The notes below the pieces were generated by a model. The model saw only the letters and a list, made by a program, of their open reading frames with translations, ran no database searches and was not told the origin of the DNA. A stretch of 18,562 nucleotides of DNA. It comes from Candidatus Sumerlaeia bacterium (lineage in GTDB: Bacteria; Sumerlaeota; Sumerlaeia; SLMS01). Below are positions 8,028 to 16,798 of the stretch, piece after piece. The first letter of the stretch is position 1. Every line of letters begins with the position of its first letter. Location: positions 1 to 18,562 of the forward strand of contig JBBQYG010000070.1 of NCBI GenBank assembly GCA_038208905.1, read 5' to 3'. The position numbers were made by a program, and so were the translations under genes.

Positions 8028-9373
8028 CGGGTTGATCCTTTTGCGGAGAGGTACTCGTCGATCGAGCGTGCCGCCAACTTGCCGTCTTGCACGGCGTTAA
8101 CGATTTCCTTCCCCTTGTGGGTGCAGTCACCGCCGGCAAATAGACCGGGCCGCGTGGTGGAGAACGTCTCGCGGTCAATCGCGACTCCAGCGGGGCCAAA
8201 CTTCACACCCTCGATGCTGGAAAGCAGTTCCGCGACGGGAGACTGCCCAAGGGCCTTGATCGCCATGTCGCAGGGAATCTCGAACTCGCTCCCCGCAATT
8301 GCTTCCAGCGTTGCCAGTCGGCCATTTCCCTCGGCGAGATGCGTGCGGACGAACCGCACCGCCGAGAGCCTGCCATCCGTTTCGACGAAGGAGACCGGCT
8401 GCGCGAACCACTCGAAGCGCACTCCATCGACCTTCCCGAGTTCGTACTCGTAGCTATACGCCGACTTCTCGCGCTCGGAACGTCTATACGCGATCGTCAC
8501 CTCCTCCGCGCCGAGCCGAACCGCCGCGGTCGAGGCGTCGATGGCGGTATTCCCGCAACCAATCACCACCACTTGCCTGCCCACCGGGCACCGATCCAGC
8601 GGCTTGCGGTGCATCTCGTAGATGAACTCCAGCGCCTCCCACACGCCGGGGATGTCCTCGCCCGGCAGGTCGAGCCGCTGCGTCTCGCCCAGGCCGATGG
8701 CAATGAACACCGCGTCATGGTCCGCGACCAGCTTCTTGAGCGACGCCGAATCCACGGGCGAGTTCAGGCGGAGATCGATCCCCATGTCCAGGATCGGCTC
8801 GATCTCCTGCAGGGAAAACTCTCGCGTAATCTTGTAGGCCGCGATGCCGAGCGTGTTGAGTCCGCCGGGAACATCCCGCGCCTCGAGCACGGTGACGGCG
8901 TGGCCGAGGCGACGAAGCTCGTGGGCACAGGATAGCCCAGCGGGGCCGCTCCCCACGATGGCAACGCGCTTGCCGCTGTCGGCGCCCGGCTCAAAGAAGC
9001 GCAGGTCGCGCTCCGCCGCATAGTCCGTGGCGTAGCGCTGCAGGCGCCCGATCTCGATGGGGGCGCCAGATCTAGCGCGATCGACGCAGGCGCCCTCGCA
9101 GAGCACCTCTGTCGGGCAGGCCCGGGCACAGGACCCGCCGAAGATGTTCTCCTCGAAGATCGTCTTGGCGGCGGCGCGCGGGTTGTCGTGAAGGATCTCC
9201 CGGATGAAGCGCGGCACGTCGATCCCCGTGGGGCACGCCCGCGTACATGGCGCGTCATAGCAGAACAGGCAGCCCGACGCCTCCACCACCGCCTCGTCAC
9301 GTGTATAGACGGGATGCAGGTCGGCGAAATTCGCCGCCAACTCCCCCGGCGCCAGCCTAGTCGTCTCAGTCAT
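8024..9373 (-). CDS. preT: Dihydropyrimidine dehydrogenase, FAD/NAD(P)H/Fe-S subunit (GltD-like)
   Basis: CLFCYDAPCTRACPTGID, CARACPTEVLCEGAC, VGSGPAGL, IGCGNTAID, FAGGD. Coupled to preA, with GAGGAG upstream. Confidence 0.92.
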   Translation of the reverse strand: MTETTRLAPGELAANFADLHPVYTRDEAVVEASGCLFCYDAPCTRACPTGIDVPRFIREILHDNPRAAAKTIFEENIFGGSCARACPTEVLCEGACVDRARSGAPIEIGRLQRYATDYAAERDLRFFEPGADSGKRVAIVGSGPAGLSCAHELRRLGHAVTVLEARDVPGGLNTLGIAAYKITREFSLQEIEPILDMGIDLRLNSPVDSASLKKLVADHDAVFIAIGLGETQRLDLPGEDIPGVWEALEFIYEMHRKPLDRCPVGRQVVVIGCGNTAIDASTAAVRLGAEEVTIAYRRSEREKSAYSYEYELGKVDGVRFEWFAQPVSFVETDGRLSAVRFVRTHLAEGNGRLATLEAIAGSEFEIPCDMAIKALGQSPVAELLSSIEGVKFGPAGVAIDRETFSTTRPGLFAGGDCTHKGKEIVNAVQDGKLAARSIDEYLSAKGSTR

Positions 9374-9428
9374 CCGATCTCTCCTCGATTCGCACTGTCC
9401 TCAGCACGCCATTCACTATTCCCTTCTT

Positions 9429-10904
9429 TCAGCTCATCCAGTTCGAGCGATTGCGCTCGCTCCACTTGGTCGTGATCTTCTTGGACTTCGTCCAGAAGTC
9501 GAAGCTTCCGTGCCCGGTCAGGTCGCCCTCGCCATAGGAGCTGTCGTTCCAGCCGCCAAAGGGGAACGGCTCGCGCGGAACGGGAACGCCGATGTTGATG
9601 CCGATCATTCCGGCGGAGGCGCGCTCCGCGAAGTGCGTCGCCACTTCTCCCGAGGATGTATAGATCGCCGCCGCATTGCCATAGGGGTTTGCGTTCTCGA
9701 TGGCGATGGCCTCCTCCAGCGTCTTGCAGCGGATGATCGTCAGCGTCGGGCCGAAGATTTCCTCGCAGGCGACCGCGTGTTCCGGCTTCGCGTGGTCAAA
9801 CACGGTTGGCCCGATGTAGTTGCCGCCCGCGGGCGCGTCGTCGGCGATACCCTTGCGCCCGTCAACGACCAGCGTGGCGCCGTCGCTCGTGCAGCGTTCG
9901 ATGTAGCCCGCGATTCGGTCGCGCGCCCCGGGGCTGATGACGGACCCGATGTCGCGACCGGCCTTCATCGCGCGGAACTTCTCCTTGATCTTGTCAAGAA
10001 TCGCGTCCACATCGCCCACGGCGATGAGTACCGAGGCCGCCATGCAGCGCTGACCCGCGCAGCCCGTTGCGGACGCCACCACGTTGGCGGCGGTCATTTC
10101 GGGGTCCGCGTCGGGAACAACGACGAGGTGGTTCTTCGCGCCGCCGAGCGCCTTTACGCGCTTTCCGTGGGCACTGCCGCGCTCATACACCAGCTTGGCG
10201 ACCTTCGTGGAACCCACGAAGCCAATGGCCGAAATCGACGGATGGTCGCAGATCGCCTCCACAATCTCGCGGTCCCCGTTCACCACGGAAAAGAGCCCTG
10301 GAGGAAGCCCCGCCTGCTCGAACAGGCGCGCGAGTTCCACGGCGGAGAGCGGTGTCTGCTCCGATGGCTTGAGGATCACGGCATTGCCGCTCGCCAGCGC
10401 CACCGGTAGCATCCACAGCGGCACCATCAGCGGAAAATTGAAGGGCGTGATCGCCGCCACAACACCAAGGGGATAACGCAGCATCTTGCATTCGACACCG
10501 CGGCTGACCTCCATCACCGGCCCCGCCGCGATCTGTGGCAGGCTGGTCGCGAACTCCACGCACTCGATCGCGCGGAGCAATTCGCCGCGCGCCTCGCCAG
10601 TGGTCTTGCCGTTCTCGCGGGTGATCAGCGCCGTTAGGTCGTCGGCGTTCTCCTCCATGATTGCCTTCAGGCGGAACATCACCTGAACGCGGTCCTTGAG
10701 TGCCAGGTGGCCCCATTCCTTCTGCGCCTTCACCCCGCGCGCGACCGCCGCGTCCAGATCGGCGGAGTTGGAGAGTGGAACATGGCCCAGCACCTCACCC
10801 GTCGATGGATCGGTAACCGACAAGCGGCGGCGGGAGGTGCTTTCGACCTCCTCCGCGCCGATCATGTTGGGGATCATCTTTTCTGTGGCTGCCTGTATAG
10901 ACAT
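9429..10904 (-). CDS. mmsA: CoA-acylating (methyl)malonate-semialdehyde dehydrogenase
   Basis: ITPFNFP, LKPSEQ, FVGST, GGAKNH, catalytic GQRCMA, EEIFGP, GINIGVPVP. Fits the pathway context. Confidence 0.92.
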   Translation of the reverse strand: MSIQAATEKMIPNMIGAEEVESTSRRRLSVTDPSTGEVLGHVPLSNSADLDAAVARGVKAQKEWGHLALKDRVQVMFRLKAIMEENADDLTALITRENGKTTGEARGELLRAIECVEFATSLPQIAAGPVMEVSRGVECKMLRYPLGVVAAITPFNFPLMVPLWMLPVALASGNAVILKPSEQTPLSAVELARLFEQAGLPPGLFSVVNGDREIVEAICDHPSISAIGFVGSTKVAKLVYERGSAHGKRVKALGGAKNHLVVVPDADPEMTAANVVASATGCAGQRCMAASVLIAVGDVDAILDKIKEKFRAMKAGRDIGSVISPGARDRIAGYIERCTSDGATLVVDGRKGIADDAPAGGNYIGPTVFDHAKPEHAVACEEIFGPTLTIIRCKTLEEAIAIENANPYGNAAAIYTSSGEVATHFAERASAGMIGINIGVPVPREPFPFGGWNDSSYGEGDLTGHGSFDFWTKSKKITTKWSERNRSNWMS

Positions 10905-10913
10905 GTGCGTCTC

Positions 10914-12329
10914 CTATCCTTTCGGTCCGGCGGTCTTGCGGGAGAGCCACTGTCCGCGGCCCTGCTTGCCCACCACCTTGTAGTCGTCCACAATCACCTC
11001 TCCGCGAGAGATCGTGGTGCGGGCGAATCCGGCCAGTTCCATTCCCTCGAACGGATTCCAGTCGGCATTGGTTTCCATTTTCTTCGGATCCACCTTGGTC
11101 TTGTTCCTGGGGTGGATGATCGCCAGGTCCGCGTCGAAGCCCTTCATGATGTGACCCTTCCGCCCTCCCAGCCCCATGATGCGCGCGGGATTGGAGCAAA
11201 GCTTCTGGACCATCTGCTCCAGCGTGATCTGCTTCTTGAGGACGCCCGTTGTATAGACAACGGGGAGCAGCGTCTCCAGTCCCGGCAGACCCATGGGAAT
11301 CTTGGTCCAGTCGCCCTTCCACATTGCCTTCTGCTTGCGGGTGAAGGTGCAGGTGTCGGTGGAGACCACTGAAACCTCGCCTCCGCGAAGGCCTTTCCAG
11401 AGACGCGAAATGTCTGGCTTCTTCTTCAACTGGGGGCAGCAGGCATACAGGTGGCCGTCGGGCTGCGCGAAAACCGAATCGTCGAGCACCAGATACTGGG
11501 CACAGGTTTCCGCGATGATCGGCACGCCGCGGCTCTGCGCGTCGCGGACGATTTCGGTTCCCTCCGCCGTGGACATGTGGACGATGTAGAGGTTGCCCCC
11601 CGTGACTTCGCACCACTTGGCCGCGCGCTGGATCGCCTCCGCCTCGATAAAGTTGGGCCGCGTGATCGCGTGCAGCACCGCCTTGTGCTTCTTCATCAGC
11701 GCCGGCGTGTGGTGGCGCGCGATCAACTCGTCCAAAACACGGGCGCTCTCCGCATGGACGAGCAGCATCGTGTCGTGCTCGCGCATTTGCTCGAGCGTGG
11801 AGAACAGTGCGCGGTCGTCGCTCTGCCAGCCTTCGCTCTCATAGATCATGAATTCCTTGAACGTGGAAAATCCGCGCTCCACCATGCCCGCAATCTGATC
11901 CTTGTGGGTGTCCCAGCCGGTGATGCAAATGTGGAACGTATAGTCGATGAGGGCCTTACCCTCGGCTTTCCTATGCCAGTTGTCGGCGGCCTGGGAAAGA
12001 GACTCGTACTTGCCGTCCTTCTTCTTGAAGGGAATTGCGAAGTCGATCAACGTGGTTACGCCGCCGCGGGCCGCCGCGCGAGTCCCGCTTACGTAGTCGT
12101 CCGACGACACCGTCCCGCAGAATGGCAACTCCAGGTGGACGTGAACATCCAGAACGCCGGGGATCACGATGTGCCCCTTTGCATCGACGACCTTCTTCGC
12201 CTCGGCGACGAGGGAGAGGCCCGGCTGCACCGCGGCGATCTTCTCGCCCCGGATTCCAATGTCGGCGCGGACGATCCCGCCGGGGGTCACCACATCGCCG
12301 TTCTTCACGATCATGTCGAAAGTTGCCAT
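10914..12329 (-). CDS. hydA: Dihydropyrimidinase (D-hydantoinase), 471 aa
   Basis: PGVLDVHVHL metal motif, GGVTT, FK (carbamylated Lys position), VHAE, YIVHMS, AETCAQYL, STD, G.DAD. Start placed at ATG 12329 (GGAG upstream) rather than 12443. Confidence 0.93.
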   Translation of the reverse strand: MATFDMIVKNGDVVTPGGIVRADIGIRGEKIAAVQPGLSLVAEAKKVVDAKGHIVIPGVLDVHVHLELPFCGTVSSDDYVSGTRAAARGGVTTLIDFAIPFKKKDGKYESLSQAADNWHRKAEGKALIDYTFHICITGWDTHKDQIAGMVERGFSTFKEFMIYESEGWQSDDRALFSTLEQMREHDTMLLVHAESARVLDELIARHHTPALMKKHKAVLHAITRPNFIEAEAIQRAAKWCEVTGGNLYIVHMSTAEGTEIVRDAQSRGVPIIAETCAQYLVLDDSVFAQPDGHLYACCPQLKKKPDISRLWKGLRGGEVSVVSTDTCTFTRKQKAMWKGDWTKIPMGLPGLETLLPVVYTTGVLKKQITLEQMVQKLCSNPARIMGLGGRKGHIMKGFDADLAIIHPRNKTKVDPKKMETNADWNPFEGMELAGFARTTISRGEVIVDDYKVVGKQGRGQWLSRKTAGPKG

Positions 12330-12342
12330 GCAAGTTCTCCGG

Positions 12343-13698
12343 TTAGTTGATGTCCGAAAGGACCTGGTCCATCGCGGCCAGGGTAAATTCCACGTCGGCC
12401 TTCGTGACGCAAAGGGGAGGCTTGATGCGAAGCACGTTTCCAAAGAGGCCGCCCTTGCCGACCAGAATCCCGTGCTCCTTGAGACCCTCGTGCAGCGCCG
12501 CCGTCTGTTCCCGGCCGGGCTCCTTGGTTGTGCGATCCTTCACCAACTCCATCCCCAGCATCAATCCCATGCCGCGGACGTCCCCGATGACCTGGTGCTT
12601 CTTCTGGAGCTTCTCCATGCCCTGCTTGAACTGGGCGCCAACAACGCGCGCGTTCTGCTGCAGTCCATCTTCCTCGATCACTTCGAGCACGGCAAGACCC
12701 GCCGCAGTGCTGACCGGATTTCCGCCGAAGGTGTTCACGTGGAGGCGCTGGCGCAGCGTCTCGGCGATCTCCTTGCGCGTGACCACGGCGGCGATGGGCG
12801 CGCCGTTGCCAAGGCTCTTGGCCATCGTCACGATGTCGGGGAGCACGTCGAAATTCTGGAATCCCCAATAGTGCTCGCCCGTGCGGCCGAATCCGGTCTG
12901 AACTTCGTCGGCAATGCACAGACCGCCTTTCTCGCGAATCGCCTCGTAGGCCAGCTTTAGATACTCCTTCGAACCGTAGGTCGTTCCGCCAACGCCTTGA
13001 ATCGGCTCCGCGATGAAGGCGGCAACCTTCCCCGGCGTGGAATAGAGGAGTGCCTCCTTCATCTCGTCCACGCTCTTGCGCGCGATCTCCGATGGAGTGC
13101 CGGAGTAGAGGCTCCGATACGGATCGGGGTTCGCCACGTGATGGATCTGATCCGTCGGCGCGGCGGTGTACTTCCAAGTGTGATGCGAGGTCAGCGCAAA
13201 CGTGATTCCCGACGCGCCGTGATAGCAATTGCGCAGCGCGATCACGTCGCGATTCCCCGTGAACAACCGCGCCATCAGAATCGCAAGGTCGTTGGCCTCG
13301 CTCCCGCTGTTGGTGAAGTAGGCAACCTCCAGCCCCGCCGGGAGCTTGGAAGCCAGCTTCTTGGCCAGCTCCGTCACGTTGGGATTCATATAGATCGTGG
13401 TCGTGTGCTGCAGGCGGCCCACCTGATCCTGAACGCGCTTGGCAATCTTGGGATGGCAGTGGCCGCATGAGACGCTGACGATTCCCGCGAAGAGGTCCAG
13501 ATAGCGGCGCCCCGTCTCGTCGAAGAGGTACTGCATGTGCCCGTCCACCAGCAGCAGCGGGTTCTTGTAGTAGGTGATCAGCCCCGGACTCAGGTAGCGC
13601 TGGCGGTCGGCGAGGACCTGCTCGCGCGACGGCCCCATATAGGGCTGTGGGGTAAAGGAACACGGGGGCATCTGGGACGAAGCGGTTGCTGCGGACAT
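12343..13698 (-). CDS. Class III PLP aminotransferase, AGXT2/PYD4-like; probable beta-alanine/beta-aminoisobutyrate:pyruvate aminotransferase
   Basis: YLDLFAGIVSVSCGHCHP, TNSGSEAND, YHG, AEPIQGVGG, ADEVQTGFGRTG, DIVTMAKSLGNG (PLP Lys), NTFGGNP. The substrate is inferred from operon context. Confidence 0.88.
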   Translation of the reverse strand: MSAATASSQMPPCSFTPQPYMGPSREQVLADRQRYLSPGLITYYKNPLLLVDGHMQYLFDETGRRYLDLFAGIVSVSCGHCHPKIAKRVQDQVGRLQHTTTIYMNPNVTELAKKLASKLPAGLEVAYFTNSGSEANDLAILMARLFTGNRDVIALRNCYHGASGITFALTSHHTWKYTAAPTDQIHHVANPDPYRSLYSGTPSEIARKSVDEMKEALLYSTPGKVAAFIAEPIQGVGGTTYGSKEYLKLAYEAIREKGGLCIADEVQTGFGRTGEHYWGFQNFDVLPDIVTMAKSLGNGAPIAAVVTRKEIAETLRQRLHVNTFGGNPVSTAAGLAVLEVIEEDGLQQNARVVGAQFKQGMEKLQKKHQVIGDVRGMGLMLGMELVKDRTTKEPGREQTAALHEGLKEHGILVGKGGLFGNVLRIKPPLCVTKADVEFTLAAMDQVLSDIN

Positions 13699-13702
13699 GA
13701 GG

Positions 13703-15244
13703 TCATTCCCTTTCGATGATGGGATCGGCGAATTGTGGCGAGTTACCGGAAGCAGGGCTGGGCACCGGCGGAAAGATGACGTTCAATGCCTGGTAGACTG
13801 CCCCCGCGACGACAAGGCCCACAAACCAGGCGTATGTGTAGACGGCTTCGAAGAACGGATGGGCGTCGAAGCGCAGCGTGCCCGTCGCGTCCGCGCCCAG
13901 CGCCTTTTCCGCGAAGCCCGGCACGTTGGGGATGATACCAAGCGCCAGCGCCGCGAGCGCGCGAGGATTGAAGCCGCCGAGGTAGCGATATCGCCCTTCC
14001 CGCCGGTAAAGATCCTCCACGTTCAACTCCGTTCGACGGATCGCATAGTAGTCTACCAGCATGATGCCGGCGATGCTCCCCAGCAGTGCGCTGTATCCGA
14101 TCAGCCATGTGAAGATGTAACCGCCAAGATCGGAAACCAGCCGCCAGGGCATGATCAGGATACCAATCACGCCCGCGATCAACCCGCCCGTGCGAAAGCT
14201 GATCAGGCTGGGGCTCAGGCTGGAGAAGTCGTTGGCGGGGGAGACGATATTCGCCGCGATGTTGGTGGAAAGCGTGGCCACCGAAAGCGCGAACAGCGCC
14301 ACGATTGTCACGATCGCATTGTCAAACTTGGAAAGCAGTACCACCGGGTCCCAGATGGCCTCGCCGAAAATGACTACTGTGGCGCAGGTGACCGCGATGC
14401 CAATGAAACTGAAGAGCGCCATGGTCGTGGGAAGGCCGATCAACTGGCCCAGGGCCTGATCTCTCTGGCTCCGCGCATAGCGTGTGAAGTCGGGAATATT
14501 CAGCGAGAGCGTCGCCCAGAAGCCCACCATCGCCGTCAGGTTGGGCCAGAACACCGCCCAGAAATTGAACCCGCCGGATTGCGCGCCACGGACTTGGGCG
14601 ATGACCGATGGCTCGAAGATATTCCCGAAGCCCCCTGCCTTATTGGCGGCCCAGAACAGCAGCACCAGTCCCGCGATGATGAGAAACGGCGCGGCGAGGT
14701 TTTCCATCCACTTGATCGAGTCGATCCCCGCAACGATGATCGCCATGTTGATCGCCCAGAACAGAAGGAAGCACGAGGCCTGCCCCAGCGTCAGCCCCAG
14801 CAGGCTCCCCGATCCGACAGCGGCGGCCTCGAAGCCAAACATCACCGCGAAGAGCGTATAGATCGCCGCGCCGCCAATCCACGTCTGGATGCCGAACCAT
14901 CCGCAGGCCACCATCGCCCGCATCAGCGCCGGAATGTTGGAGCCATACACTCCAAACGACGCGCGCAGCAGCACCGGAAACGGGATGCCGTGCTTCGTCC
15001 CCGCGTGGGCGTTCAGCACCATTGGAATCAGAACAACCAGATTCGCCAGGCCGATCGTCAACAGCGCCTGGCCCACCGTCATCCCCTGGGTGATCAGCCC
15101 CGACGCCAGCATATACGTGGGAATGCAGACTGCCATCCCCACCCACAGGGCGGCGAAATTCCACAGCGTCCACGTGCGCGCGGATTGGTCCACCGGCGCC
15201 AAGTCCTCGTTGTACAGCAGGATGTCGTGTCGCTCGGAACTCAT
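13703..15244 (-). CDS. NCS1-family nucleobase:cation symporter (probably uracil/dihydropyrimidine/hydantoin)
   Basis: NEDLAP, WVGMAVCIPTY, HGIPFPVLLRASFG, WFGIQTWIGG, WATLSLNIPDFTRYA, NIAANIVSPANDF, and many hydrophobic helices. Confidence 0.93.
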   Translation of the reverse strand: MSSERHDILLYNEDLAPVDQSARTWTLWNFAALWVGMAVCIPTYMLASGLITQGMTVGQALLTIGLANLVVLIPMVLNAHAGTKHGIPFPVLLRASFGVYGSNIPALMRAMVACGWFGIQTWIGGAAIYTLFAVMFGFEAAAVGSGSLLGLTLGQASCFLLFWAINMAIIVAGIDSIKWMENLAAPFLIIAGLVLLFWAANKAGGFGNIFEPSVIAQVRGAQSGGFNFWAVFWPNLTAMVGFWATLSLNIPDFTRYARSQRDQALGQLIGLPTTMALFSFIGIAVTCATVVIFGEAIWDPVVLLSKFDNAIVTIVALFALSVATLSTNIAANIVSPANDFSSLSPSLISFRTGGLIAGVIGILIMPWRLVSDLGGYIFTWLIGYSALLGSIAGIMLVDYYAIRRTELNVEDLYRREGRYRYLGGFNPRALAALALGIIPNVPGFAEKALGADATGTLRFDAHPFFEAVYTYAWFVGLVVAGAVYQALNVIFPPVPSPASGNSPQFADPIIERE

Positions 15245-15248
15245 TGGA

Positions 15249-16115
15249 TCAGGGCTTCACCAGCACGTCGTAAGTTTCCGGCCTGCGGTCGCGATAGAAT
15301 TGCCAGACGTTGCGCACTTCCCGGATCAGGTCGAAGTCGAGGTCCGCCACAACCACATCGTCCTTGTCGCGGCAAGCTTCCGCAAGCACCTGTCCGCGCG
15401 GGTTTGCGAAGTACGAAGTGCCATAGAACTCGCCCATGTTCCACGGCGCCTCGATGCCGGGGCGGTTGATCGCCCCCACAAAGTAGATGTTGTTCGCGGC
15501 CGCGGCGGGCTGCTCCAGCTTCCACAGGTACTCGCTCAGTCCCGCAACCGTTGCCGAGGGATTGAACACCAGCTCCGCGCCGTTAAGGCCGAAGGCGCGC
15601 CAACCCTCGGGAAAGTGGCGGTCGTAGCAGATATACACGCCGATGCGGCCAACCTTCGTCTCGAACACCGGATAGCCCAGATTCCCCGGCTTGAAGTAGA
15701 ACTTCTCCCAGAAACCCGGCTCGCAATGGGGGATGTGGATCTTACGCATCTTGCCGAGGTATGTCCCGTCGGCGTCGATGACCGGCGCGGTGTTGTAGTA
15801 CACCCCGGTCATGTCTTCCTCGTAGATCGGCACCACGAGGACCATCTTGAGCTTCTTTGCCAGCTCCTGGAATATCTTCGTCGTCGGGCCGTCCGGCACG
15901 CGCTCGGTCAGGTCATACCACTTCTTGTTATGCTCGGCGCAGAAGTAGGGACCGTAGAAGATTTCCTGCAGGCAGGCAACTTGGGCGCCCTGGTCGGCGG
16001 CGGCCTTTACCTGCTCGACAGCCTTCTCGACCATAGCCTTCTTGATTATCCCAACATTCGTGGAGTCTGTGCAAAGCTTCGTTTGGATTACGGCTGCGCG
16101 GACGACTCGGCTCAT
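15249..16115 (-). CDS. Nitrilase-superfamily carbon-nitrogen hydrolase, probable beta-ureidopropionase (N-carbamoyl-beta-alanine amidohydrolase)
   Basis: Glu-Lys-Cys triad in LQEIF, RKIHIP and ICYDRHFPE, plus FWEKFYFKPGNLGYPVF. First gene of the pyrimidine operon. Confidence 0.87.
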   Translation of the reverse strand: MSRVVRAAVIQTKLCTDSTNVGIIKKAMVEKAVEQVKAAADQGAQVACLQEIFYGPYFCAEHNKKWYDLTERVPDGPTTKIFQELAKKLKMVLVVPIYEEDMTGVYYNTAPVIDADGTYLGKMRKIHIPHCEPGFWEKFYFKPGNLGYPVFETKVGRIGVYICYDRHFPEGWRAFGLNGAELVFNPSATVAGLSEYLWKLEQPAAAANNIYFVGAINRPGIEAPWNMGEFYGTSYFANPRGQVLAEACRDKDDVVVADLDFDLIREVRNVWQFYRDRRPETYDVLVKP

Positions 16116-16275
16116 TTCCCGGTCTCGCTTGAGGTGGTATTTATCCCGGCTTCAACCTATTAGAAGGGGACGCCCGCGCCTAAGCGGTCAACCGTTTTCG
16201 ACCGGGCAAGCGGTTCAGGCATCGCGGGGACACGTCGGTTGACTCGACCGCGTCGGCGCCGCTAGCTCCCGCGTC

Positions 16276-16713
16276 ATGCAATTGCTTCTGCCACTCCTGC
16301 TGCTCGGCGCCCTCGCCTGGATGATATGGTATCTCGGCGGCGGAAGCTTTGGCCGCGCGCAGACCCAAGCGTGGATCGACCACCTCCGCGCCATGCCGCG
16401 TCTATACGTCTTCCTCGACCGGAACCACGGCAAGTTCCGGGCGGCGATGCATTATGTGGAGTTCGGGGGGCTGTTCCTCGCGCTCTATTGGCTTCAGGAC
16501 GCGGCCATCGGCGGGGGAGAGTTCGCGTTCCGCGGGCTCCCTTCGGCAATAATCGCCGCAGCCTGCGCCGTGGCGGCGCTCCTCGACGAGATGCACCAGC
16601 TCAAAAGCGGCACGCGCCAGTTCCGCCGTGTCGATTTCCTCCACTCGTGCTGCGGCATCGCCATCGCCATGGCGCTTGTCTTCCTCCAGTCCGTGGCGCG
16701 GGAAATCGAATAG
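16276..16713 (+). CDS. VanZ-like membrane protein
   Basis: HYVEFGGL and LDEMHQ...R.....D....G patterns with several hydrophobic segments. Confidence 0.75.
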   Translation: MQLLLPLLLLGALAWMIWYLGGGSFGRAQTQAWIDHLRAMPRLYVFLDRNHGKFRAAMHYVEFGGLFLALYWLQDAAIGGGEFAFRGLPSAIIAAACAVAALLDEMHQLKSGTRQFRRVDFLHSCCGIAIAMALVFLQSVAREIE

Positions 16714-16798
16714 GCGCGCGGCGGGCGGTTTTCCCTCGCCTTCCCGGATTCGGATTCCCACGATCAGTTGCAGACAGAAAACCGGAGAGACCCAAGCC

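Noticed and set aside
8024-9373. Glutamate synthase small subunit gltD
   Set aside because: The fold is the same, but it is translationally coupled to preA and no gltB is present, so preT fits better.
13697-15469. 590-aa plus-strand ORF
   Set aside because: It is antisense to the well-supported NCS1 and nitrilase genes, Arg/Gln/His-rich and motif-free, typical of a GC-rich shadow ORF.
16720-16740. Hairpin GGCGGGCGG-TTTT-CCCTCGCC after the VanZ-like gene as a terminator
   Set aside because: The stem is imperfect and no U-tract follows, so it is not supportable as an intrinsic terminator.
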